From NCBI GenBank assembly GCA_963675525.2, contig CAXXSL010000016.1, forward strand, positions 352,001 to 416,000: DNA of 64,000 nucleotides. The letters run 5' to 3'. The notes beneath the pieces were generated by a model. The model was given only the letters and a program-made list of their open reading frames with translations. It was not told where the DNA came from and ran no database searches. Positions 41,496 through 50,893 of this stretch are shown piece by piece. The first letter of the stretch is position 1. Each line of letters begins with the position of its first letter. The stretch is from Anaerohalosphaeraceae bacterium (GTDB lineage Bacteria > Planctomycetota > Phycisphaerae > Sedimentisphaerales > Anaerohalosphaeraceae). A program made the position numbers and the translations under genes.

Positions 41496-41556
41496 AACCA
41501 CAGATTTCACGGATTACACTGATTTTTTATCAGCGAAATCTGCGCGATCTGCGGTT
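41496..41556. repeat. Imperfect inverted repeat built from 9-bp units
   Basis: CACAGATTT/CACGGATTA/CACTGATTT on left arm mirrored on right arm. Confidence 0.7.
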
Positions 41557-41590
41557 TCTTTAATCATTCACCATTCATAATTGATTAACT

Positions 41591-42805
41591 ATGTGGGAAT
41601 TGATAAAGATTAATAAGCGCAATTCTGTGCTGCTGCTCGGCGCAATGGGAAGCGTTCTGCTTATTTTGGGGTTTGTGTTGGGCTTGTTGTTCGGCGGACC
41701 GGAGGCGGGCTTGATCGGAATGCTGATTGCCACGGGCGTGTGGCTGTTCATGATGCTGATCAGCCTGTCCAGCGGCGACCAGATCATGCTGGCCGCCAGC
41801 AAAGCCGTACCGGTCACACACGATGTGCATCCGGTGCTGTTCAACGTGGTCGAGGAAATGAAGATCGCTGCGAATCTGCCGAAAATGCCCAAAATTTACA
41901 TCATCAATGACCCGGCTCCGAATGCCTTCGCCACAGGGCGCAGCCCGGAAACCGCCTCGATCGCCGTTACCGCCGGGCTTTTGGCCAAGCTGGATCGGGA
42001 CGAACTGCAAGGCGTTGTCGCACACGAAATGAGTCATATTATTCATCGGGATATTCTGTTTGTGACACTGGCGGGGGTTATGCTGGGCAGTATCGTGCTC
42101 ATCAGTCACATTTTTCTCCGCAGTATGTTTTACAGTTCGCTCGGTTCCCGGCGGCGTTATTCCTCCAGCTCTTCGAACCAGGGCGCCGCCCAACTGGTCA
42201 TGATCGTTGTCGCCATTCTGTTCGCGATTCTGGCGCCGATCTTCGCACAGATCCTGTATTTTGCGTTGTCACGCAAGCGAGAGTATCTCGCCGATGCGGG
42301 AGCGGTTCGGCTGACACGCTATCCGGCGGGACTGGCCGGAGCGCTGGAAAAAATCGGCGGCAGCAATATCAATATGGAAACAGCCAATAAAGTAACGGCC
42401 CCGATGTATATCGCCAACCCGTTTCGCGGTAAAAAAAAGGTCAATCTCTACAGTACTCACCCGCCGATTGAAGAACGCATCCGTATCCTGCGAAATATGA
42501 CACACGGAGCGGCGTATGCGAACTATGAAAAATCATACGAGGAAGTCACAAAACGCTCGCCGGTGGTTCCGACTTCGGCGCTGATACCGGAAGAGGTGAC
42601 CATTCGGCAGGCAACGACGGAATCCAAATCGACACAAACGGCCAAACAGCAGGCACGGCAGGTCGGTGATCTCATGCGGCAGGTCAGCCAGTTTGCGTTT
42701 GTAACCTGTGCCTGCGGACTGACCATGAAAATCCCTCCGAACTACAACGGCGACAAAGTCCAGTGCCCTCGCTGTAAAAAATTCTCCTCCATCTCAAAAC
42801 AATAA
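41591..42805 (+). CDS. htpX: HtpX-like M48 zinc metalloprotease with C-terminal zinc ribbon
   Basis: PNAFATG, HEMSH, SRKREYLAD, STHPP; CACG...CPRC tail. Confidence 0.88.
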   Translation: MWELIKINKRNSVLLLGAMGSVLLILGFVLGLLFGGPEAGLIGMLIATGVWLFMMLISLSSGDQIMLAASKAVPVTHDVHPVLFNVVEEMKIAANLPKMPKIYIINDPAPNAFATGRSPETASIAVTAGLLAKLDRDELQGVVAHEMSHIIHRDILFVTLAGVMLGSIVLISHIFLRSMFYSSLGSRRRYSSSSSNQGAAQLVMIVVAILFAILAPIFAQILYFALSRKREYLADAGAVRLTRYPAGLAGALEKIGGSNINMETANKVTAPMYIANPFRGKKKVNLYSTHPPIEERIRILRNMTHGAAYANYEKSYEEVTKRSPVVPTSALIPEEVTIRQATTESKSTQTAKQQARQVGDLMRQVSQFAFVTCACGLTMKIPPNYNGDKVQCPRCKKFSSISKQ

Positions 42806-42833
42806 AAAAGCCCAACTCAAGGTTGGGCTTTTG
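42806..42833. terminator. Bidirectional intrinsic terminator
   Basis: AAAAGCCCAAC-TCAAG-GTTGGGCTTTT between convergent genes. Confidence 0.8.
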
Positions 42834-42865
42834 AAATACGAATAACATTAGATAACGCAATTTTT

Positions 42866-43507
42866 TTACCGCATGACCCAGTTGCGCTCGATCTCTTTCA
42901 TCACGGCCTGGGCTCGGAACGCTTCATCGCCGGCAACCGCAAACTTGAGTTGAAGGCTTTTCCGCAGAAAGATTTTTTGGGGATCGCCCTGCTCATCCTT
43001 CAATTGCGGATGTTCAACAACAGCCGTCTCATTGCTCAGGCCTGCAATAAAAAGGCTGACCGCCTTTGCCTTAAGGTCAAAGTCGGGCCAAATGATCGCG
43101 TAGTCCCGCGTGTTGTCCTGACCCCGAAAGATGCGGCGATCCGCAAAATCCAGAGACTCTAAAAATGGAAAACTCCCCTGGTGTTTGAGTTTAATCACTT
43201 CAAAGACCGATTTTTGAACCGTTTTGTCGGCGGCAATAACTTCAAACGTGTCCGTTATCAACTCGCAAACAGGGTAAAATGAAACTTCATCAAAAGCACT
43301 CTGATTCGTCACCGTCAAAATGGTGTACCAAAACCGCTGCGGTTCTCCTGTCTGGTCCATGCGAAGGGTGATTTGTTGGGGTTGTGAATAAGTAACCGTT
43401 AACGTCCATTGGTCCATGGACTGAACCACGGCCGGCGTAGGATAGGCCGCAAACGCCGAAACAGTACCTAAAACAACTATAACACTGCAAAGAATTCCTG
43501 TTTTCAT
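42866..43507 (-). CDS. Secreted hypothetical protein
   Basis: Signal peptide (..SAFA), 213 aa, C-terminal WVMR. Confidence 0.75.
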   Translation of the reverse strand: MKTGILCSVIVVLGTVSAFAAYPTPAVVQSMDQWTLTVTYSQPQQITLRMDQTGEPQRFWYTILTVTNQSAFDEVSFYPVCELITDTFEVIAADKTVQKSVFEVIKLKHQGSFPFLESLDFADRRIFRGQDNTRDYAIIWPDFDLKAKAVSLFIAGLSNETAVVEHPQLKDEQGDPQKIFLRKSLQLKFAVAGDEAFRAQAVMKEIERNWVMR

Positions 43508-43680
43508 CGAAAATATCCTTTATTTATGATTGCCAGATAACTTAAGTGTGGTACATTTTACTCAAGAATCTACAACAGGTAAAGAAATTTCTTGGACACC
43601 GGAAACTTCTGCTCATTCAGGACCTCCTGTTGTGGCGTTCTGCAGGAAACACGACCCCAAAATCGGAAAAGATGTCAAAT

Positions 43681-45141
43681 ATGGCTGAAGAACAAAAAAT
43701 CCTACTTGAGCAGGTCAAACAGCTCCTTTCGATACAAGACAGAGAGCGTCTTCATGCCCTGCTAAGTGGACAGCGAACAAGTCATATTGCCGAGATTGTA
43801 GAAATTCTGGACCCGGAAGATTGCATTATTGTCTTCAATTGCCTTGATAAATCCGACGCCGCAGACGTTTTCGAAAAAGTCGATGAGGCTACCCGGTCAG
43901 AACTGTTTGAACATCTCGAAGATGATGAGTTGATCGATTTGATCTCGGAACTGGACCCGGATGAAGCTGCCGACGTTTTAGCTGAACTGGATAAGAAAGA
44001 AAGTCTCGAGGTTCTTGAACAACTTGACTCTGAAGAGGCCGAGCAGATCAAAGAACTGATGGTTTATTCAGAGGATTCTGCCGGCGGTATCATGGACCCG
44101 GTGGTTCTGTCTGTAACCGAGGACGCAACCGTCAATCAAGCCATTCAGCGAATCCAGGAAGCCGAAGTGGATGAGGATTTTTACAGTGTCTTTGTGATTG
44201 ATCGAAACGGACGTTTTCTCGGAGATGTCCGTATTCGCCTTCTCATCACACATAAAGGCGAACATAAAATTAAAGAGCTGATCGACACCGACACCCTGTT
44301 TGTCAATGTGGACGATGACCAGGAAGATATCTATAACTTATTTAAAAAGAATGAGTTAATCGTTGCCCCCGTATTGGATAAAAACCACCGGCTCGTTGGG
44401 CGTATTACCGCCAACCGGGTTATCGAAGTCGCCGAAGAAGAAGCGGCTGAGGACTTGTATGCGATGGCGGGTACGGATGCGGCAGAACTTGAAACGGTTT
44501 CTGTTTTCAATGCCGCCCGCATTCGCATGACCTGGCTTCTGCCCTGTTTGGCTGGCACGGCAATTACCGCAATGGTCGGTTTCTTTTTCAAATCCTGGTT
44601 TAACGCAGAGGGACAATTGCACCTTTTCTTTGTCGCGTTTTTGTTTGCGCCCATGATCGCCGCCATCAGCGGAAACGCCGGTCTTCAAACATCGGCCATT
44701 GTTATCTGTGGTTTGGCGACGGGCGACCTGGCGGCTTTGAAATTGACACAGGTATTTATGCGAGAGGCTCGAATCGCCCTTCTGGTTGCTTTGTGCTGCG
44801 GGTTGATTGGCGGATTGATATGTTCTGTCCTGCCCAATTTTTTTGATCGTCATACAGACACCAACATCGTGTCCGAACAACACATTCAGCAAACCGAAGT
44901 TCAGGGGGCCTCTGATATTCCAACCTTGGAGACCAATCAGTATGTGCGCATTGCTATTGCTTTCGGTTTTGCCATGTTTTCGGCGATTATGGTATCGACA
45001 ACACTTGGTTTATTCTTACCCTTTGTGTTCCGGCGGATCGGACTGGACCCTGCAATCAGTTCGGGACCGTTAGTCACCACAGCCAATGATTCGATTAGCG
45101 TCACAATCTACCTTTTTTTAACCATGCTTTTGACGATTTGA
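43681..45141 (+). CDS. mgtE: Magnesium transporter MgtE
   Basis: Acidic N-domain, YSEDSAGGIM, CBS pair, GNAGLQ, DPAISSGPLVTT.ND. Confidence 0.95.
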   Translation: MAEEQKILLEQVKQLLSIQDRERLHALLSGQRTSHIAEIVEILDPEDCIIVFNCLDKSDAADVFEKVDEATRSELFEHLEDDELIDLISELDPDEAADVLAELDKKESLEVLEQLDSEEAEQIKELMVYSEDSAGGIMDPVVLSVTEDATVNQAIQRIQEAEVDEDFYSVFVIDRNGRFLGDVRIRLLITHKGEHKIKELIDTDTLFVNVDDDQEDIYNLFKKNELIVAPVLDKNHRLVGRITANRVIEVAEEEAAEDLYAMAGTDAAELETVSVFNAARIRMTWLLPCLAGTAITAMVGFFFKSWFNAEGQLHLFFVAFLFAPMIAAISGNAGLQTSAIVICGLATGDLAALKLTQVFMREARIALLVALCCGLIGGLICSVLPNFFDRHTDTNIVSEQHIQQTEVQGASDIPTLETNQYVRIAIAFGFAMFSAIMVSTTLGLFLPFVFRRIGLDPAISSGPLVTTANDSISVTIYLFLTMLLTI

Positions 45142-45224
45142 ATTTCACTCTTGGATTGAGTTGATTTAAGGGCTTTTATTACTTTAATCCAAGAGACTGT
45201 TTTCCGAAAAGGTCAATCTGGTCG

Positions 45225-45254
45225 TTGACATTTTGTTAAAAAAAAGCGTATAAT
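45225..45254 (+). promoter_or_regulatory. Consensus sigma70 promoter upstream of pilT-like operon
   Basis: TTGACA-18 bp-TATAAT. Confidence 0.7.
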
Positions 45255-45359
45255 ATTATATTTAGATGTTTTGACTCGGATTCTGTCTGGGGCAAGGAAG
45301 TCTTTTATTTAAAATAAGTTACGGCCTTATCGATTAATTTATAAAAACCGGAGTTTGTT

Positions 45360-46496
45360 ATGAAAAATCAACCTTTGGATACGCATATTGCGGTTGACGT
45401 CAAAAATCCGCCTGGAATCGAAAAACTTTTTCGCGCTGTTATCAAAGCCGATGCCAGTGATTTGCACTTAAAAGTTGGTATTCCGCCAAAAATACGAATT
45501 CACAGTAAGCTCAAAAATACAACGGGGGAACCTCTCTCTGAAGAAAAAATTGAAGAGATGGTTTTCGAAATCATGAGCGAAGACCAGAAGAAGTTCTTTA
45601 TGCAGAATGGAGCGCTGGACTTTGCCTACTCCGTCGGTGAGATGGATCGCTTTCGAATTAATGTGTTTCGCCAGCGAAGCCATGTCAGCATGGCTGCACG
45701 TCGAATCAGCGGACGTATCCCGCCGTTTGAGGCACTGCATGTTCCTCCCGTCGTTGAGAAAATCGCCGAAAGTCACGATGGATTAATCCTGGTCACCGGT
45801 CCGACCGGTTCCGGAAAAAGTACCACCATTGCCTCCATGATTGATCACATTAATCGTAACCGCGCCTGCCATATCATCACTGTCGAGGATCCCATCGAAT
45901 TTCTCCACGTTGATAAAAAGGCAATCGTCTCACAGCGTGAGGTGGGTATCGACGTGCCCAATTTTGATGATGCTCTTAGGAGTTTGATGCGTCAGGACCC
46001 CGACGTGGTACTCGTCGGAGAAATCCGAGATCATGAAACTCTGACTGCAGCCATGAAGGCGGCTGAAACCGGTCACCTCGTATTTGGAACACTGCACTCC
46101 AATAACTGTGCCCAAACCATTCAGCGTATCCTGGATATGTTCCCGCAGGAAGAGCGTGAACTGACACGTCAGACCTTTGCGATGACCATTCGTGCGGTCA
46201 TCAGTCAGAATTTGCTGCCGGGTATTCGCCCGGATGTAAAACGACTGCCTGCAATTGAGATTATGCTGAATACGCCCATTATTCAAAAATTGATCAGCGA
46301 TGAACGCGAAACCGATATCCCATCGGCCATTCGTGCCAGTCAGAGCGAAGGCATGCAGGACTTTACTGAAAGCCTCCGCAAACTTGTCGAAGAGGAATTC
46401 ATTGATTTGAAAGTTGCATTGGAATATGCTCCAAATGTTGAAGAACTGAAAATGGCGCTGAAGGGGATTCGATCTTCCTCCAGCGGCATTCTTTAA
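45360..46496 (+). CDS. pilT: PilT/PilU-family retraction ATPase
   Basis: ASDLHL, RFRINVF, GPTGSGKST, EDPIEF, RQDPDVVLVGEIRD, AAETGHLVFGTLH, GMQ. Confidence 0.88.
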   Translation: MKNQPLDTHIAVDVKNPPGIEKLFRAVIKADASDLHLKVGIPPKIRIHSKLKNTTGEPLSEEKIEEMVFEIMSEDQKKFFMQNGALDFAYSVGEMDRFRINVFRQRSHVSMAARRISGRIPPFEALHVPPVVEKIAESHDGLILVTGPTGSGKSTTIASMIDHINRNRACHIITVEDPIEFLHVDKKAIVSQREVGIDVPNFDDALRSLMRQDPDVVLVGEIRDHETLTAAMKAAETGHLVFGTLHSNNCAQTIQRILDMFPQEERELTRQTFAMTIRAVISQNLLPGIRPDVKRLPAIEIMLNTPIIQKLISDERETDIPSAIRASQSEGMQDFTESLRKLVEEEFIDLKVALEYAPNVEELKMALKGIRSSSSGIL

Positions 46497-46533
46497 ACCG
46501 ACCCCTGAACGTCCAAGTAGGGAGAACCATTTA

Positions 46534-48171
46534 ATGCCAAACGATTTACTTGCTGCCATTGAATACGGTGGATATATTTCCATATGGAAATTCTTATTGT
46601 TTTTCATTTCTTTTTTCAGCTGGATGCCACTGGTGAACTGGGTATATCTTGACACTCAGGCTGTTCGCACTAATGGGTTTACGTGGACACTTGCCATTCT
46701 GTGTACCGGTTTCATTTCTTTGCTCGTTTGGCTTTTAGTCCCTGTATTTTTTATTGGTCTGCTTATTTTCCTGATCGCAACCGGTAGTGTTTCAATCGCT
46801 TATGTGATGCATCGGAATGCTCGCGTGGCCGATTTTGAAAAGGTTCTTACTGCCGACCATCTCCGGGGATTATTCGCCGATCCGATCAAAAAAATCGAAA
46901 AAGCCAGCCACGGTATTCGGTTTATCACCAGCAATGAAAATGAAGTTCCGCTGCCCGAGCCGAAAAGCAAGGAACTGGAAGGTTTTTCCATCAGTTGCGA
47001 ATTGATTGATGACGCCGTTTGGCACCGTGCAGATGAAGTTCAGTTTATTCCCCAAAAAGAAGACTATATGATCATTTACACCATCGACGGCGTCGCCTGC
47101 AAACAGGACCCCCGGTCTCGGGAGGAAGTCGACAGTTTTGTTTATTATGCCAAACAACTGGCTGGTCTGGAAGTCGAGGAAAAACGGAAACCTCAGCATG
47201 GACGCTTCAAAGCCATCCTTGAAAATGACGACAAAACACAGTGGGAAGTAATCACATCCGGTTCAACTGTCGGAGAAAAGATCAAGCTTGAAAAAGTCTC
47301 TGCCCTGTCATCCCGAAAGATCGATGACCTCGGCCTGAACGACAATCAAATCGAGTCCATTCGAACCCTGCGTGACATTAAAAGCGGACTGATTATCATC
47401 TCCGGGCCCAAAAAGAGCGGGGTCACCACAACCCTTTACACACTTTTGGGACACCATGACCCATTTCTCAATAATATTAACACGCTGGAAAAGAATCCGG
47501 CAACTGAACTTACCAACATTACACAATTTACTTATACACTTAGCGATACCGGTACCACCACCTATGCCAGACGTTTCCAGTCGATTCTGCGGAAAGGGCC
47601 GGATATCGTGGGGGTGGCCGATTGCGAAGACTCGCAGACCGCCAAGTTGGCTGCAGCCGCTGCCAATGACGGAAAGATCGTCTATGTGGCTATGGAGGCC
47701 ACCAGCGTCAATCAGGCAACCGAAAAATTTCTCAAATTCATTGGCGACAATAACCTGCTGGCCGATACGCTCTGCGCCGTTTTGAATCAACGGCTGGTAC
47801 GCACACTCTGTGACGAATGCCGTCAGGCATATCAACCAAATCCCGGATTGTTTAAAAAGTTTAATATCCCCGCAGACGAGGTCAGGACCTTTTATCGTCC
47901 CGGCGAAATCGAATACAATAAACACGGCAAACCGATCGTTTGCGAAAAATGCCAGGGCTCCGGTTTTTACGGAAGAACGGGACTGTTTGAGACGATCCGG
48001 ATTAGCGATGATCTCCGCGAAACAATCCGAAACGCAAAAACAAACCAGGAAATTGCAACGGCCTTTCGAAAGGCCGGAATGCTTTATATGCAGGAACAAT
48101 CAATTAAAAAAGTTGCTTACAGCATTACCTCGATCAACGAAGTAATCCGAAACTTTTCAGAAAAAGCCTAA
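46534..48171 (+). CDS. GspE/PilB-like ATPase with N-terminal TMs and degenerate Walker motifs
   Basis: EKRKPQHG, GPKKSGVTT, LRKGPDIVGVADCED, QRLVRTLCDEC..CEKC.GSGFYGRTG. Confidence 0.8.
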   Translation: MPNDLLAAIEYGGYISIWKFLLFFISFFSWMPLVNWVYLDTQAVRTNGFTWTLAILCTGFISLLVWLLVPVFFIGLLIFLIATGSVSIAYVMHRNARVADFEKVLTADHLRGLFADPIKKIEKASHGIRFITSNENEVPLPEPKSKELEGFSISCELIDDAVWHRADEVQFIPQKEDYMIIYTIDGVACKQDPRSREEVDSFVYYAKQLAGLEVEEKRKPQHGRFKAILENDDKTQWEVITSGSTVGEKIKLEKVSALSSRKIDDLGLNDNQIESIRTLRDIKSGLIIISGPKKSGVTTTLYTLLGHHDPFLNNINTLEKNPATELTNITQFTYTLSDTGTTTYARRFQSILRKGPDIVGVADCEDSQTAKLAAAAANDGKIVYVAMEATSVNQATEKFLKFIGDNNLLADTLCAVLNQRLVRTLCDECRQAYQPNPGLFKKFNIPADEVRTFYRPGEIEYNKHGKPIVCEKCQGSGFYGRTGLFETIRISDDLRETIRNAKTNQEIATAFRKAGMLYMQEQSIKKVAYSITSINEVIRNFSEKA

Positions 48172-48184
48172 ACAGGAGTGTAAT

Positions 48185-49286
48185 ATGACGACCGCAATTG
48201 TAATTCTGGTGGTGCTGCTGACACTGATTTACTTTTATTTAAAGTGCCCCATTATGACTTCATTTTCAACCATGATGGTAGTTATCTTTGCCTCGATCGT
48301 TTCCTTAAGTCACTATGAGATGCTGGCTGAACTATTTATCTCCCGGGGCTATGGTGTGGAGTGGGCGCATGCGGTTTGTTTTATCCTTGTTTTCATCTTG
48401 AGTTTTGCACTGTTGCGAGCCTTAAGAGATCTGTTGGTCGGCGGCACAACCATCGATTTAGGGAACCCGACCAAAATCATTACCGCCATTGTTTGTGGGC
48501 TGCTGACCGGAATGCTCATTTCCGGCAATCTCCTGGTGGCGATCGGGTTGATCCCGATGCAAAGCAAATACCTTGACGGCCGATATGCTCCCTATAACAG
48601 GATCCCGGTCGAGGGAGTTGAAAAATCATTTCTGAACACGGACGGACTTGTCGTAAGATTGTATAGCTTGGTCAGTCGCGGCTCTATGAAATCAAGCAAG
48701 AGTTTTGACGTCCTTCACGCTGACTATCTGTCACAGATTCATAACAATCGAGCCAAAGTCAATGAAAAAATCCTGGCGGTCACATCAACAACATCCTTAA
48801 GTTTGCCTTCGGGCAAAAATAAACATCCTATCCGTCTCTGGGAAAGTCCCGATAAAGACAAACTAACAATTGTCCGCATCGGAATCGTTTCCAAAAGCAT
48901 CCAATCCGGCGGTGCGGGCAACCCGGCCAACAGCAACAATATCGAATTTTTCCCGGCACAGGTTCGGATGATATGTAAATCAGAAAAATCATCCCCGGAC
49001 AGCCGCAAAAAACCATTATCGGGCACCGGGAAGGTTTTTTTTGCCGATCGGGTTATTTCGGCAAGGCAAGTTGGTTGATGTGAAACGCGATGAAATCCTT
49101 TCGTTTGGCGGCAGGGAAGCCAAAGACGGCGTTGTCTGGCTGGACCTTGTGTTTAATGTGCCCAGTAGTTACAATGGTGTTCTCCTGCAATTTAAGCAAA
49201 ATGCGTTAATTGAGCTTCCCGCGGCGGTACCTTATTCCGAAGAAAATGAAAAAATTCTGAACGGCGAAGAGGAAAAAAACTCTTAG
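48185..49286 (+). pseudogene. CvpA-like membrane protein with large soluble domain, split by a frameshift at a T8 run (49035-49042)
   Basis: ORFs 48185-49078 and 49041-49286 join in frame (..GKVFLPIGLF..) if the run is T7. Confidence 0.65.
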
Positions 49287-49398
49287 AGGTGAAATACTGA
49301 TCCTGCTCTTAAATCAGGTGAAAATCGGCTGTCTGGTTTTCACCTGTTTGTTTTGAGGAACGCCTCCTTCCACTTTTTTTGAAATATCGGGGACCTGA

Positions 49399-49548
49399 TC
49401 ATGCGCAAAGTGCCACTTCTTCCAGATCAACTTCCATAAGGTGTTCCAGGTATAGGTCAAGTTCTTCACAAGAAAACTGTTCGAGAAATTCCGACTTGGC
49501 ACTCTTGTTCAGATCCATAATACAATCGATTATTTCATACTTGCTCAT
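49399..49548 (-). CDS. Small acidic hypothetical protein (49 aa)
   Basis: MSKYEIIDCIMDLNKSAKSEFLEQFSCEELDLYLEHL..; GGGAG RBS upstream. Confidence 0.6.
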   Translation of the reverse strand: MSKYEIIDCIMDLNKSAKSEFLEQFSCEELDLYLEHLMEVDLEEVALCA

Positions 49549-49850
49549 CCCTGTACTCCCAAAAATGCGTTCCCTGTTCATTCGATGTTAGAGAGGATAT
49601 CGGACATTCATCAATTTTTTCTTGAATCAACGTATCAGGGCATCTGCGCGTTATGAAATAGATTTGGCACTATATGTGTAATCGGAACCCAAAAAATACA
49701 CCGTATCTATGAATTCATTTTCTCGGACGTAAAAACGTCCAATAATAAGCCCTTGCTGTTCCCAAAAGTCGCTTTATTTTTTTTGAAAAATCAAAAAATA
49801 TGGTATATTCTTTTTTTAGATCGACTTCTTTGTACTGAACGAATCCCATT

Positions 49851-50879
49851 ATGGATATATTTGATGACAGCCTGTTCAATCGTCGCCGAAACCGGCATCA
49901 GTCTAAACTGAAACGCTGGCGCTATGCCGGATTAATGCTGACCTATCGCTGTTCAGCGACCTGTCGATTCTGCTATTATTACTGTACTCCGCAGGCTGGC
50001 GGACTGATGACCGCAGAAACCGCAATTAACGCCTGGGAAGGTCTGATTCGTTTGGCCGGACGAGAAGCGAGGGTGCATATCACCGGCGGCGAACCGTTCC
50101 TGTATTTTGACCGACTCGTAGAAATATTACAGCAGGCGCACCGTCTGAAACTGACACCAGTCGATTCAGTCGAAACCAATGCCTCATGGGGAACACATTC
50201 GGGGCAAATCACAGATAAACTCAGACAACTCGACGCGCTGGGGATGAATCGATTAAAAATTAGCTGGGACCCTTTCCATGAGGAATTTATCGATATTCAA
50301 TCAGTCCGTGACCTGGTATCAGCCGCTCGATCGGTTCTCGGACCCGATCGCGTTCTGGTCCGCTGGGAAAAACATTTGGAAGCCCCCTCCGGCATTCGAG
50401 GCAAAACCGAGCCGGAAAAGCAGCGTATCCTGCAAGAGGCCCTGGTTACCGACCCTTGCCGATTGACCGGTCGGGCCGCAGATAGTGTAGCGACACTGGC
50501 CCCGGCCTACCCCGTCGAGCATTTTATGAAAAAAAATTGCCAAAATGCCCTCTTATCTGCCAAAGGCGTACATATTGACCCTTACGGAAACGTCTTCAAC
50601 GGTCAATGCAGCGGAATGCTCGTAGGTAATATCGCTCGTACCCCTTTGGATGTCTTGTGGCAGCAGTTCGAGCCGGATATAAGCAATTTCTGGAAAGTAC
50701 TGTATCATGACGGCCCCTGCGGCTTTTTAGAGCAGGCCGGTAATTGGGGCTATTCCCCCTTGCTGCAATACGCCTCAAAATGTCATCTTTGCGCCAACAT
50801 TCGGCGTTTTTTCTTTGACAAAAGGTGTTTTCCATCGATAATTAATCCGGCAGACTGTTATGGCAAGCATCAATCTTAG
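49851..50879 (+). CDS. Radical SAM protein with C-terminal Cys-rich (SPASM/twitch-like) region
   Basis: CSATCRFC, TGGEPF, ETNA, HIDPYGNV..QC, CHLC. Confidence 0.88.
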   Translation: MDIFDDSLFNRRRNRHQSKLKRWRYAGLMLTYRCSATCRFCYYYCTPQAGGLMTAETAINAWEGLIRLAGREARVHITGGEPFLYFDRLVEILQQAHRLKLTPVDSVETNASWGTHSGQITDKLRQLDALGMNRLKISWDPFHEEFIDIQSVRDLVSAARSVLGPDRVLVRWEKHLEAPSGIRGKTEPEKQRILQEALVTDPCRLTGRAADSVATLAPAYPVEHFMKKNCQNALLSAKGVHIDPYGNVFNGQCSGMLVGNIARTPLDVLWQQFEPDISNFWKVLYHDGPCGFLEQAGNWGYSPLLQYASKCHLCANIRRFFFDKRCFPSIINPADCYGKHQS

Positions 50880-50893
50880 TTTGGAAAAATTCC

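Noticed and set aside
49399..50879. RiPP cluster (small peptide + radical SAM, with C39 peptidase 4 kb away)
   Set aside because: Peptide is divergently transcribed and looks like a folded helical protein without a leader/core pattern; the peptidase is separated by unrelated genes
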